Below, in pieces: positions 17,668 through 27,453 of a DNA stretch of 46,717 nucleotides. The notes under the pieces were generated by a model. That model made no database searches. It was not told where the DNA came from and saw only the letters and a list, made by a program, of their open reading frames with translations. The stretch is from an uncultured Planctomycetaceae bacterium (GTDB taxonomy: Bacteria; Planctomycetota; Phycisphaerae; SM23-33), in assembly GCA_964632015.1 (NCBI GenBank), contig CAZWAT010000002.1:1-46717 (forward strand), in the 5' to 3' direction. Numbering within the stretch: the first letter of the stretch is position 1; the number at the start of each line of letters is the position of its first letter. Both the position numbers and the translations under genes were made by a program.

Positions 17668-17979
17668 ATGACAGATGTACCATCGACACCGGTTTCAAGG
17701 CCCGAGGAAGAATCTACCGGCAGGGGGCTCATGATCGCGGGGCTCGTGCTGGGTATTGCCTCGATCTTGTTTGGTTGGATCATTCCGCTGGTGGGTGTGG
17801 TCGCTGGGGTGATAGGCATCATCCTGAGCCCGATAGGCATAAAGCGGGCGAAGCGGTGGCACCAGAAGCACACCATCGGCGTTTCGGGGTTGATCTTGTC
17901 AATCGTCGGGCTCGTGTGGTCGATCATCTGGTGGATCGGCTATGCGGGGGCGATGTCACAGGACAGCATCGCATACTAA
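17668..17979 (+). CDS. Small membrane protein, DUF4190-like
   Basis: Two long hydrophobic helices (GLMIAGLVLGIASILFGWIIPLVGVVAGVIGIILS; VSGLILSIVGLVWSIIWWIGY). AAAGGGGA SD lies before the ATG. Confidence 0.7.
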   Translation: MTDVPSTPVSRPEEESTGRGLMIAGLVLGIASILFGWIIPLVGVVAGVIGIILSPIGIKRAKRWHQKHTIGVSGLILSIVGLVWSIIWWIGYAGAMSQDSIAY

Positions 17980-18188
17980 AAGCCCACTTGCGACAGGAAA
18001 AGAAAGACCAGTCTTCGGTAAACATCTTCACCGCAGTCACTTGACCGGCAAGAGCATCCGGTAGGCGGTGGTTCAGGCCAAGCTGCAACAGGACGCGGAT
18101 GCGGTGGTTGCTGTGGTTGACATGTGGAAATGCCGCCGACTATGCGGTAAACTGTCACGCTTCAAATTGAAATGGAGCATTACAGGAT

Positions 18189-18983
18189 TTGATATTTCAT
18201 CGCATAGAGCGGACGCTTCGCGGGATTGCGTCTTTTCCGGCGTGGATGCTTCTGTCGGCGGAGGTGGACAGTCTCGATGCCCAGGACCCCGGGCGGTTTC
18301 GTAACGCTTGGTGGGGAGTGATGCTTGTAGGCCTGCTGTGGGGCCTGGGGCTTTGCGGCGCGTGGGGCGGCGGGGCGATGATCTTCGGCGACTTCGAAGG
18401 TCTGCTTATTATGCCTGCCATGGTGACGCTTACGATGACGGTGCTGGTTCCTGGCAGGCGGGGGATTATCGCTCTGTCCGAGCTTGCGGGAAGGTCGCGT
18501 GCAAGTCAGTCGCTGTTGCGAAGCCTTGTTCTGGTGGTGTTTGCCCTGTGCCTTGTCGTCATGAGGAGCAATCCCCACTACGCGGAATATCCACTTCCCG
18601 CATGGATCGACTGGATACGTCCTCATTGGAAGCCCTTTCGTGTTCTTCTTCTGATGCCCCTGTGGGGTGGATGGGCCATGCTGATAGCGACAAGGTTCAA
18701 CAGGCTTTCACCGGATGCTCACCAGGCGGTGGTCGCATTCGCCAGAGGCTGCGGGCCTGTGCACGCCGCGTGCTGCCTGGTGCTTCCATTGGCGGGATCG
18801 TTGTTTTATTTTCACTATCTCAAGATCCACCAGCAGTTGTCGGTGGCTTTTTTGCCGGTAGTCGTGGCGGTTGTCGGCGGGTGCATGATCTGTCGGCGAA
18901 CCGGCCTTGACCGCAGGCAACTGCTGGCGGTGAATCTGCTTACACAAAGCGCCTTTTTGCTGGGTTTTCTGGCGAACAAATAG
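18189..18983 (+). CDS. Multi-pass membrane protein of unknown function
   Basis: At least 6 hydrophobic segments. No family recognised. Start is uncertain: TTG 18189 or ATG 18246. Confidence 0.6.
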   Translation: MIFHRIERTLRGIASFPAWMLLSAEVDSLDAQDPGRFRNAWWGVMLVGLLWGLGLCGAWGGGAMIFGDFEGLLIMPAMVTLTMTVLVPGRRGIIALSELAGRSRASQSLLRSLVLVVFALCLVVMRSNPHYAEYPLPAWIDWIRPHWKPFRVLLLMPLWGGWAMLIATRFNRLSPDAHQAVVAFARGCGPVHAACCLVLPLAGSLFYFHYLKIHQQLSVAFLPVVVAVVGGCMICRRTGLDRRQLLAVNLLTQSAFLLGFLANK

Positions 18984-19127
18984 AGGGCGGATCATGACTA
19001 CAGCAAAGCCCACAACAAGAATTTGCTATGCGTGGGGCGTCCAATGCGCCTGGTTGAACTGGAACAGCGGATGTGCGGTTATCCGGTTTCGCTTGACTTG
19101 CCAGCCACCCCAACGTAGAAGAACGGC

Positions 19128-20021
19128 ATGAAGACTACAGCGCTGCTCACAACTTCAATCGAAGGTTTCGCCAAGAAGACCGGCAAAGTCAGAGACCTCT
19201 ACGACCTCGGTGAGAGGATGCTGATTATCGCCACCGACAGGATCAGTGCCTTTGACGTGGTCATGCCCAACGGCATTCCAGACAAGGGAAGGGTGCTGAC
19301 TCAGATTTCGCTGTTCTGGTTCGAGAAGCTCGCGGGTTTGACTCCCAACCACGTCATTTCATCAAAGCTGTCCGATCTGCCCGCGGCAGCGAGAAGTGAT
19401 GAAATCGACGGGCGATTCATGCTCTGTCGCAAGGCGGACGTCGTGCCGATTGAATGCGTTGTACGTGGATACCTTGCCGGTTCAGGGTGGAAGGAATACT
19501 CCAAAAGTCGCACCGTCTGCGGGATCAAGCTTCCCGCGGGGCTCAAGTCGTCTTCCCGGCTTCCAGAGCCGATCTTCACCCCGTCAACAAAAGCGGTGGT
19601 GGGGCATGACGAAAATATCAGCTACGAGAAGATGGTCGATACCGTCGGCACGAAACTGGCTGGGGAGTTGAGAGAAAGATCGCTCGCAATCTACAAGGCG
19701 GCCAGCGAATACGCCGCCGAGAAGGGCATCATTATTGCAGACACCAAGTTCGAATGGGGACATGACGAAGAGGGCAAGCTGATGCTCATCGACGAAGTCC
19801 TCACACCGGACTCCTCGCGATTCTGGCCAGCAAACGATTACAAGCCAGGCAAGGAACAACCCAGCTTCGACAAGCAGTTCGTGCGGGATTACCTCGACGA
19901 GATCGAGTTCGACAGGACCCCTCCAGGACCGATCCTACCGGCAGAGATTGTCCAAAAGACCAGGCAGAAATACATCGAGGCCTACACGCTGCTCACCGGT
20001 AAGCCCTTCCCCTGGGAATAA
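19128..20021 (+). CDS. purC: Phosphoribosylaminoimidazole-succinocarboxamide (SAICAR) synthase
   Basis: GKVRDLYDLGERMLIIATDRISAFDVVMPNGIPDKGRVLTQIS and IIIADTKFEWG. Confidence 0.95.
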   Translation: MKTTALLTTSIEGFAKKTGKVRDLYDLGERMLIIATDRISAFDVVMPNGIPDKGRVLTQISLFWFEKLAGLTPNHVISSKLSDLPAAARSDEIDGRFMLCRKADVVPIECVVRGYLAGSGWKEYSKSRTVCGIKLPAGLKSSSRLPEPIFTPSTKAVVGHDENISYEKMVDTVGTKLAGELRERSLAIYKAASEYAAEKGIIIADTKFEWGHDEEGKLMLIDEVLTPDSSRFWPANDYKPGKEQPSFDKQFVRDYLDEIEFDRTPPGPILPAEIVQKTRQKYIEAYTLLTGKPFPWE

Positions 20022-20047
20022 CCGCTCAAGAAGGCCCCGAAATGATA

Positions 20048-20068
20048 AAGCATCTTTTGGGGATGCTT
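20048..20068 (+). terminator. Hairpin downstream of purC (weak terminator candidate)
   Basis: AAGCATC-TTTTGGG-GATGCTT, a 7-bp stem with no following T-tract. Confidence 0.3.
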
Positions 20069-20298
20069 CATATCAATCACTTCCACGCGATGAAGCACCA
20101 CGTGTGAGCATGGTGGTACGGTGCGAATATGCTCGCGTCGCTTCCGAGAAGTTTTTTTCGGAAAATTGTGATTGCATCCTGGAATGACTCATGTAACAAT
20201 CGAATCTACACATCAGTTCGAAGGTTTAGTTTGACAGCTTGCGTATTTGGCCGTGCATATCGGAAGAGGCCGATAGGAAAACGAGGAGGCTTGTCTGC

Positions 20299-20499
20299 AT
20301 GAGAGCATTTCGTCCAAGCCGTTATTCGCCGGTCGAAGTTGAGGGATACATCGACCGCGACGCTCAGAGCGTACGGGACCATAATCTGCTTTTGTACTCC
20401 AAACGGGCCCAGGATAATCTGCCGCTGTTTGGTGAGCCCAAGTCTGTTGAAAAGTCCGATCAATCCAGTCATCGGCTGGCAATTTCGAAGTACGCCTGA
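20299..20499 (+). CDS. Hypothetical small protein (66 aa)
   Basis: GAGGAGG at 20283-20289 lies 9 nt before ATG 20299. The product starts MRAFRPSRYSPVEVEGYIDRDAQSVRDHNLLLYSKRAQDNLPLFGE. No family recognised. Confidence 0.35.
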   Translation: MRAFRPSRYSPVEVEGYIDRDAQSVRDHNLLLYSKRAQDNLPLFGEPKSVEKSDQSSHRLAISKYA

Positions 20500-20660
20500 T
20501 CGCGACGGATCGTGCTTTCAACAGAAACGGGCATTGTGTCTCGTGAACAGGTTGACGTGCCTGTGGATGGCATCGGTAGTCGGCTCGGCCGTTTGTCTGG
20601 TCCGTCGGTGGCGGGTGGGCTTCGCGCCCCTGGTGAACATCAACAGGCTTGTTGCCCCCC

Positions 20661-20696
20661 AAAAAAATATCCCCCGATTTGGGTATCGGGGGATAT
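20661..20696 (-). terminator. Rho-independent terminator of the Gfo/Idh/MocA gene
   Basis: Perfect 12-bp stem ATATCCCCCGAT / ATCGGGGGATAT with a 6-nt loop. On the minus strand it is followed by TTTTTT. It lies 25 nt past the stop at 20721. Confidence 0.8.
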
Positions 20697-20720
20697 CTAT
20701 CTCGCGAATATGTGGATGTC

Positions 20721-21794
20721 TTAGTTCTTGTAGTATCCGCTCTGGTTTCGTGCCATTTCGGTATACTTGACCACGTCGGCGGCCTGGGCGACAGTGATGG
20801 GGCTTTTCTTGCCGTTGCGTATCTCGTCGTGCATGAAATCCCAGATGCTGGCCATTTCCAATTTGGATGACGGCTTGACGGGGATGGTCTTCTCGACCCA
20901 CTTGAGATCGCTGTTGTCGCTGAAGCCAAGCGGAGTGCCCTTCTTGGGGCGACGGGGCTTGAGCTTCGCGCGGGGGTTGAGGTATTTGAGAACAAACGTC
21001 TTTTCATCGTGGCTGATAAGCGAGCCCTTGGTTCCGTAAATCGCATAGACGGGCGAGGGCAGGGCGACACCACCGGAAATCTCGACATCGACTACCAGGC
21101 CTGTCTTGCCCCGGAAGATGATCTTCAGGTGATCTTCAGCGTCGCCAACCGCGGCGACCTTCTTGAGATCGGCCCACATGTCACTAACCTCGTAATTCAG
21201 GAACTGCAAGGCGTGGTCGATAAGGTGGGGACCCCAGTTGTTAAGCTGTCCGCCGCCTTCGCTGATAAGCGTCTGCCAGTCGTCACGACGTTGATAGCTG
21301 TGGCGAGCAAGCTTGATCTCGAACACGTCGCCCAGTATGCCCGAGGCGATAATTTCCTTGGCGTGCATGAAGGCGGGTTCGAAACGTCGATTGTGGCGGA
21401 TGAAAAGCTTTCCGCTTCGCTGAGAGGACTGCTTGAGCTTCTTCGCCTCGTCGTATGTCAAACATATGGGTTTTTCGAGGAATACATATTTACGTTTCTT
21501 GAGGGCAGCCATTGCTGTGGCAAAGTGATCGTTCGTGCGATTGGCAACGCTCACCAATTCGACCTCTTTGTCGTTGAGCAGTTCCTCAAACGTCTTGTAG
21601 ACCTTCGCTTTTGGGCAGGCTTCGGCAAATCGCTGCCGCTGTTGGGCCAATGGATCGCAGGCGGCGACTATCTGGAATTTCCTGCTGCGTGCCTTGAGAT
21701 CCGTAAGATGCATGCCATATCCCGCGCGACCCAGGCCGACGATTCCGACCTTGATGGGTGATGACTTGCTATTCTCACTTGTTTTGCGTGCCAT
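20721..21794 (-). CDS. Gfo/Idh/MocA-family NAD(P)-dependent oxidoreductase
   Basis: N-terminal Rossmann motif IKVGIVGLGRAGYGMH, then YVFLEKPICLTYDEAKKL and an alpha/beta C-terminal domain. Confidence 0.9.
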   Translation of the reverse strand: MARKTSENSKSSPIKVGIVGLGRAGYGMHLTDLKARSRKFQIVAACDPLAQQRQRFAEACPKAKVYKTFEELLNDKEVELVSVANRTNDHFATAMAALKKRKYVFLEKPICLTYDEAKKLKQSSQRSGKLFIRHNRRFEPAFMHAKEIIASGILGDVFEIKLARHSYQRRDDWQTLISEGGGQLNNWGPHLIDHALQFLNYEVSDMWADLKKVAAVGDAEDHLKIIFRGKTGLVVDVEISGGVALPSPVYAIYGTKGSLISHDEKTFVLKYLNPRAKLKPRRPKKGTPLGFSDNSDLKWVEKTIPVKPSSKLEMASIWDFMHDEIRNGKKSPITVAQAADVVKYTEMARNQSGYYKN

Positions 21795-22054
21795 TCTCTA
21801 AACTCCTCTTTCTGAATTATCCGATCCATCCAACTTCTCACAACTGTTGACATTCAAAGCATCTACAATAAACGCTCGGTCGGCGCATGTAAAAGGGATT
21901 ATTCAGATAAGACGCCGCTGAGGGGATGATTGGTGGTACAGGACAAGAGCACGCGGTTCAAGCGACGAAAGGCCGAGCCACGCTTCGCCAGCGCGATGTT
22001 GCCAAGCCGAAGAGACCAATGCACGAATCGCAATGGATAAACAGATTGGAAGAA

Positions 22055-22519
22055 TTACACAACAGTCTGCAGGAACTGCGGCAGGCCCATCTGAGTAATT
22101 TGGTCCTTCTTGCCCTCGATGTCGTCTATATGATCTTCTTCGTCCTTGAGAATGGATTCCAGCAGTTCCTTCGTTCCGCTGTCGCCTTTCTCGGTGCACA
22201 GACGGATAGTGTTGTTGTAGTGTTTGACGGCGTAAATCTCCAGCGACAGGTCGTTGTCGAGCTGCGAGGGAACATCATCGCCTATGCGTATTTCCATCAG
22301 GTTGCTGACGATGGGTTTGCCCTCAAGGTATAAAATTCGCTCGATGAGTTTCTCGGCATGTTTCATTTCGACGATCGACCGCTTATACACGTCGTCCTGG
22401 AGCTTGGAGTAGTGCCAGTTTTCATCCATCTCGGCGTGCACCATGTACTGGTTGATGGCGGTCAGCTCTTCGGCAAGCAGATCGTTCAGTTCGTTAATAA
22501 CCTTGTCGTCGCCTTTCAT
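22055..22519 (-). CDS. bfr: Bacterioferritin
   Basis: MKGDDKVINELNDLLAEELTAINQYMVHAEM, VEMKHAEKLIERILYLEG and LKDEEDHID (ferroxidase ligands). AGGAG lies upstream of ATG 22519. The ORF-track start at 22636 is an over-extension. Confidence 0.95.
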   Translation of the reverse strand: MKGDDKVINELNDLLAEELTAINQYMVHAEMDENWHYSKLQDDVYKRSIVEMKHAEKLIERILYLEGKPIVSNLMEIRIGDDVPSQLDNDLSLEIYAVKHYNNTIRLCTEKGDSGTKELLESILKDEEDHIDDIEGKKDQITQMGLPQFLQTVV

Positions 22520-22617
22520 GAGTGTCTCCTGTGGGTGATCAAAGCGTTTCATTGTATGCCTTTGTTTTTCGCGATTCGTATTGGGTTGCCTATTATTATT
22601 GGGAGTTGGGGCAAGAC

Positions 22618-23307
22618 ATGGGGCCGAGTTGCACATTTCGGGCGCTTCGTCCCGCTGTTATGGCGGGGATTATGGCATTGCTTATGGTTGCGTCATGCGA
22701 GAACAGCGACGACGAAGTCTATCTCGATGTTCAGCAGCCTCCGCCAACGCTAAATTCATCAACGTCAACATGGGGCGATCGTCGGTGGACTGTATTGTTC
22801 GACGGCAGGGAGTTGGGCGGATGGCGCCTCCTCAGCGGCTGCATGGAACTGGAAGGCGGGGCGATATCCCTTAACCACCCGTTTTGCGGGATGACGATCG
22901 TCTTGGCCGAGGAGGTCAGATTTCGGGACGGCGAGGTGGAGGTCACGCTCGAGCCGTTGCCCACGTCAAGACCCATGCAACCTTATGTGATCGCCCTGAG
23001 GTCACGAGTATCGTTGAACTGGTCAAGCTTGTACTTCATCTGTTATCCCGACCGGATGGAAGTTGCCCGCGGAAGCGCAAGGTTGCCTAACCCTCCCCCC
23101 GAGTTGACGGTATACTACGAACCGGTGGAATCGGTGCTGACATGGCGGTTTGTGCTCAGGGATCGACTCGTAGAGGTATACCGACTGGGAACATGGGTTG
23201 CGACTTATTACGATGAGCATCCCCAGAGCGGAACTCTGGCGATTGGTGCTGACGGGTGGGGCCTGCACGTGTTGAACGTGCGTGTAAGACCCGACAACGA
23301 GGAATGA
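22618..23307 (+). CDS. Lipoprotein with DUF1080-like (LamG-fold) domain
   Basis: The signal and lipobox-like segment is MAGIMALLMVASCENS. WTVLFDGRELGGWRLLSG is the usual DUF1080 opening. Confidence 0.65.
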   Translation: MGPSCTFRALRPAVMAGIMALLMVASCENSDDEVYLDVQQPPPTLNSSTSTWGDRRWTVLFDGRELGGWRLLSGCMELEGGAISLNHPFCGMTIVLAEEVRFRDGEVEVTLEPLPTSRPMQPYVIALRSRVSLNWSSLYFICYPDRMEVARGSARLPNPPPELTVYYEPVESVLTWRFVLRDRLVEVYRLGTWVATYYDEHPQSGTLAIGADGWGLHVLNVRVRPDNEE

Positions 23308-23308
23308 A

Positions 23309-23524
23309 ATGAATAGCGAGGCAATGAACCTGCTGAAGATCGCGTTGGCGATGATTCCACTGTGTGTGGGATTTTTCGCTGCTGGGGCCATCGCACATCG
23401 CCGAGGTGGTTCTTTTGCGTCGCACATCTGGCGAACATTGGGCGGAATGTCGGTGGCTGCGGCGTCATCGGTTCTTCTGGCGGCGGGCATGTTGACGCTG
23501 CTTTCGATGGGCGCATCCGACTAG
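23309..23524 (+). CDS. Small two-helix membrane protein (71 aa), hypothetical
   Basis: The ATG is 1 nt after the previous stop, with GAGGA at 23299-23303. Hydrophobic helices are LLKIALAMIPLCVGFFAAGAIA and MSVAAASSVLLAAGMLTLL. Confidence 0.45.
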   Translation: MNSEAMNLLKIALAMIPLCVGFFAAGAIAHRRGGSFASHIWRTLGGMSVAAASSVLLAAGMLTLLSMGASD

Positions 23525-23682
23525 GTTTGACATGTCGGCGAACCCCGGATGTCTTTGGATCGCATTATTCACTATACCATCGGTTATCCATCAATTGTTG
23601 CACTGCGCTGTGTGCATTTAGTAGGTTATACTGGTATGCCCCGGCGGTTTTCGTCGGGCATAACACGATTGGGAGAAGTTGC

Positions 23683-26277
23683 GTGAAGAAGATTCGATCC
23701 CTGGGTGTGGCGGGAATTCTGCTTTCCTGCGTTTTGAGCATGATTATTCCTTCGGGTGCGGTGCGTGTGTTTGCGGCGTCGGATACACCGGTGGATGCGT
23801 CGTCCGGCGAACTGACGATGCTTCTGTCTGGTCTGGAGGACGCGCTCGCCGGCGAGTTCGAGCAGGCGCAGAAGAAGATCGCCTCGGCAGCGGGTGTGGG
23901 AGGAACCTCGCCTGAACTGTTTGACCCGGTGGCTTCTTTGCTTGCGGAATATGTGGAGCTGTCAACCCAATGGCGACAGCGACGCCTCGACGAATACCAG
24001 CTTCATGTACAGCGGGTGAACAACGCGCTGCTGGCAAACGAGCATCTTGAAGAGCTTGTCGACCAGGGACTGCACGAACCAATACAGGAAGCGATGAAAG
24101 AAATCCGAGAAGGCTTTCAGAGCTGGCCAAGCGGTGAACAGTTTTCCGATGGCTACCCGGAGGATCTTGGCGACCTGAAGGCGAGTGCCCGCGAGGCCGC
24201 CAAGAGTCAACTCGAGCAGATGGACAAGCTCGAAGCCATCTTCATTGACACACCTGGGCCATACGCCCAAACGCTCAAAGCCCTTGCCGCTGACGTGCGA
24301 AAGCGAATCGACGCGAACGCCCAGGCATGGGCGCAGGCGAAGACGGCAGATTCCGACAGCAGAAGATTGTCAGCGGTTCTACTCAGAAAGGCCGAGGAAG
24401 ATCTTGTTGACGCCATTGCCAGCCTGGATGCGTTCACCTCCGATGAGCCTCTTCGCAACGGCCTGCCTTATGCGAGACTTGCCAAAATAGTCTCGCCCCA
24501 CGGCGATGCGGTGAAGCAGCAGGACTGGTATGTGGAACTGGTCTCGAAGGTGACCCAGCGAGCGCAGGAGGCCACACAGGAGGGCAAGTGGTACGAGGCC
24601 CTCGCATCGTACAACGGGCTTTCGGAGCTGGAAGAGGATAACGATTTCTATCGCCAGCAGGTCAAGGTTACCAGAAGGCATGCTCGCGTGCTTGGGCTTT
24701 ATGGTGATTTGGCGGATTCTCCACAGGAGTCCCCCGACGTTGAGGAGGAATTGGACGCCCCGGCAGGCGAAATGAGATGGCGCGACATGGTGCGAGGCAT
24801 CGATGCCGACATGGTTCATCGGATAATATCCCAGCTTGACGAGCAGTATGTTCTGGCTGTGGATTACCGCAAGCTGGCGCTTGGAGCTATCGAAAGCCTG
24901 CGTGTATTGGCTAGCACGCCAAGCGCATCGGCGAGTTTTCCGGCACTTGGTGATGACGCCGCCCGCGAAAGTTTTCTTCAGGCTCTCAGTCGTGAGGCCG
25001 ACAACATTCAACGCAAGGACCGCGTCGACTACGCTGATTTGACAATCCTGCTCAACACCCTCCTGAGGGCGTCTGACAGGACAGTCAAAATTCCAGTGGC
25101 CGTAGTCGCGATGGAGTTCACAGACGGATTTCTCGATGAGCTGGATCGCTTCAGCTCGATGATCTGGCCTGCCGATCTCGACGAATTCACCAAGCAGACC
25201 ATGGGCGAATTCTACGGTGTGGGGATTCAGATCGGAAAAGAAGAAGACGAGCCCCTGAAGGTCATTACGCCTCTGGCGAACTCGCCCGCCTTAAGAGCGG
25301 GAATCAAGACCGGCGACATTATCCTTAAAGTTGACGGAACACCCACTGAACCGCTTTCGGTTGACAAACTCGTCAGGATGATCACCGGCCCCAAAGGCAC
25401 AAGGGTTACGCTGACAGTCCGAAGCAGAGGCGAAACACAGGAACGTGACGTCATGCTCATGCGGGATGAGATACAGATCCGCACGGTTAAAGGCTGGAAG
25501 CTCCTTCCCGGAGGCGACGGAGACAACTGGGACTACATGCTTGATCCGTCCGCTCGGATAGCCTACATCCGCATAAGCCAGTTCACCGACACCACACCGC
25601 GAGACCTTGTGCGGGCACTAGGAAAGATCAAGCGTAATGGCGTCAACTCACTGATACTCGACCTGCGGTTCAACCCCGGCGGGTTGCTGGAGGCTTCGCG
25701 ACGAGTCGCCGATGAGTTCGCCAGCAACGGAAAAATAGTCTCCACAAAAGGTCGGCAGAATCGCGGCAGAGAGTTTGTCGCAACACGATCCGGCGCGTAT
25801 ACCGAGGGCGACCTGGTTGTGCTTGTCAACGAGATGAGCGCCTCCGCCGCCGAGATAGTCTCGGGCGCCATGAGGGACTGGGGCAGGGCTATCATTGTCG
25901 GGCAGCGGACATTCGGCAAGGGCAGCGTACAGAATGTGCTGGGCATTCCGGGCCATCCCAACGCCAGACTCAAGCTGACAACAGCGTATTACTACCTTCC
26001 GAGCGGGCGTCTGCTGCATCGCAAAGATGGTGAAGCCGACTGGGGCGTCGATCCCCATGTCGAAGTCATCATGACCCCACGGGAAAGAAAACATTGGCTT
26101 GATATCCGCCGCAAAACAGACCTGTTGCAGGAAGTCGACCTGGGGGAACTAGAAAAGGACCTCGAAGAAGAGTATCGCGCGGATCTTCCCCTCAACACGG
26201 CTGTGCTTCTGCTGAAACTCAAGCAGATCCAGGCGAACTCGATGGCTGCGCTTGCGAACCACCCGTCAAAAGGGTAA
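23683..26277 (+). CDS. S41-family C-terminal processing peptidase with PDZ domain and a long N-terminal helical extension
   Basis: GTG 23683 follows GGGAG (23671-23675). Signal peptide VKKIRSLGVAGILLSCVLSMIIPSGAVRVFAASD. PDZ segment GVGIQIGKEEDEPLKVITPLANSPALRAGIKTGDIILKVDG. Catalytic motifs are LILDLRFNPGG, VNEMSASAAEIVSGAM and GQRTFGKGSVQ. Confidence 0.9.
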   Translation: MKKIRSLGVAGILLSCVLSMIIPSGAVRVFAASDTPVDASSGELTMLLSGLEDALAGEFEQAQKKIASAAGVGGTSPELFDPVASLLAEYVELSTQWRQRRLDEYQLHVQRVNNALLANEHLEELVDQGLHEPIQEAMKEIREGFQSWPSGEQFSDGYPEDLGDLKASAREAAKSQLEQMDKLEAIFIDTPGPYAQTLKALAADVRKRIDANAQAWAQAKTADSDSRRLSAVLLRKAEEDLVDAIASLDAFTSDEPLRNGLPYARLAKIVSPHGDAVKQQDWYVELVSKVTQRAQEATQEGKWYEALASYNGLSELEEDNDFYRQQVKVTRRHARVLGLYGDLADSPQESPDVEEELDAPAGEMRWRDMVRGIDADMVHRIISQLDEQYVLAVDYRKLALGAIESLRVLASTPSASASFPALGDDAARESFLQALSREADNIQRKDRVDYADLTILLNTLLRASDRTVKIPVAVVAMEFTDGFLDELDRFSSMIWPADLDEFTKQTMGEFYGVGIQIGKEEDEPLKVITPLANSPALRAGIKTGDIILKVDGTPTEPLSVDKLVRMITGPKGTRVTLTVRSRGETQERDVMLMRDEIQIRTVKGWKLLPGGDGDNWDYMLDPSARIAYIRISQFTDTTPRDLVRALGKIKRNGVNSLILDLRFNPGGLLEASRRVADEFASNGKIVSTKGRQNRGREFVATRSGAYTEGDLVVLVNEMSASAAEIVSGAMRDWGRAIIVGQRTFGKGSVQNVLGIPGHPNARLKLTTAYYYLPSGRLLHRKDGEADWGVDPHVEVIMTPRERKHWLDIRRKTDLLQEVDLGELEKDLEEEYRADLPLNTAVLLLKLKQIQANSMAALANHPSKG

Positions 26278-26307
26278 GACTGCCAGGGCTGACAATCAGA
26301 CCTGGGC

Positions 26308-27453
26308 ATGGCAATGGAGACACCCATCGTGAGCGGCGCCGCTGACGAAAAATTCATGAATCAGGCCCTTGGGCTTGCGTCGCAAGGTCGAGGCGCGGTC
26401 GAACCCAACCCGATGGTGGGGGCGTTAATCGTCAAAAATGGCGTTGTCGTTGCCCAAGGCCTGCATGAGCGATTTGGATACCCGCACGCCGAAGCCAACG
26501 CCATAAAGGCCTGTGCACCGCAAGACCTTCGAGGATCGACCGTCTATGTCACCCTCGAACCGTGCTGCCATCTCAACAAAAAGACTCCTCCTTGCGCCCA
26601 GGCACTGATAACCGCCGGGGTATCACGTGTAGTCGTTGCCATGGAAGACCCCGACGAGAACGTTTCGGGCAGGGGGGTCCAAATGCTTCGGGCCGCAGGC
26701 GTCGAGGTGTCCGTTGGAGTGGGCCGCAACGACGCGTCTGCCCTGTTGGCGCCGTATGTCAAGCTCAGAACGCAACACAGACCTTGGGTGATTCTAAAGT
26801 GGGCACAGACCGCGGACGGTTATCTGTCGCTTCCTCCCCAGGCGGGGCGGTGGATAACCAACGACGCATCGCGAGGGGACGTTCACAAGCTCCGTAGCCT
26901 TTGCGACGGGATATGCGTCGGGGTGAAAACGGTTCTTGCGGATGATCCGCTGTTGAACAACCGGTCGGGGCATGGACGCCAGCCGACGCGCGTCGTACTG
27001 GACAGCACGCTTGCAACGCCTTGCGAATCGCGCCTTGTGAAATCGGTTGATACATCGCCGGTGATAATCGCCACTAGCGAGCAGTCGTCCCGAACGCCCA
27101 ATGCCGATCGCCTGCGACAGGCCGGCGTTGAGATACTGCCTCTCCCATCGGGGCCTGGTGGCATTGACCTTGGCGCGTTCCTCGATTCGATGGGGCGGCG
27201 CAACTGGACACACCTTATCATCGAAGGCGGCGGGCACGTGTTGAGGTCGTTCCACGATTTGGGCCTGGGCGATGAGTACAGGGCGTACATCGCGCCCATC
27301 CGCCGCGGGGACGCGGGCGACGGGCCTCGCTTCGCTCTTCAGGATGTCCTGTCGCAAGGCCGATTCTCGCTCATCGAGCACACGAACTTCGACGGTGACA
27401 AAATGTTCATCTATCGAACAAAATCGCCCCCCGACACACCACTCCAACCGTGA
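26308..27453 (+). CDS. ribD: Bifunctional riboflavin biosynthesis protein RibD (pyrimidine deaminase/reductase)
   Basis: FMNQALGLA, NPMVGALIV, HAEANAI and VTLEPCCHLNKKTPPCAQAL, followed by a reductase domain ending IEGGG. Confidence 0.95.
   Translation: MAMETPIVSGAADEKFMNQALGLASQGRGAVEPNPMVGALIVKNGVVVAQGLHERFGYPHAEANAIKACAPQDLRGSTVYVTLEPCCHLNKKTPPCAQALITAGVSRVVVAMEDPDENVSGRGVQMLRAAGVEVSVGVGRNDASALLAPYVKLRTQHRPWVILKWAQTADGYLSLPPQAGRWITNDASRGDVHKLRSLCDGICVGVKTVLADDPLLNNRSGHGRQPTRVVLDSTLATPCESRLVKSVDTSPVIIATSEQSSRTPNADRLRQAGVEILPLPSGPGGIDLGAFLDSMGRRNWTHLIIEGGGHVLRSFHDLGLGDEYRAYIAPIRRGDAGDGPRFALQDVLSQGRFSLIEHTNFDGDKMFIYRTKSPPDTPLQP

Noticed and set aside
20213-21761. ORFs 20213..21088 (minus, 291 aa) and 21009..21761 (plus, 250 aa) overlapping the Gfo/Idh/MocA gene.
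   Set aside because: They are out of frame with or antisense to a clearly motif-bearing gene. The products are Pro/Arg/Ser-rich low-complexity text.
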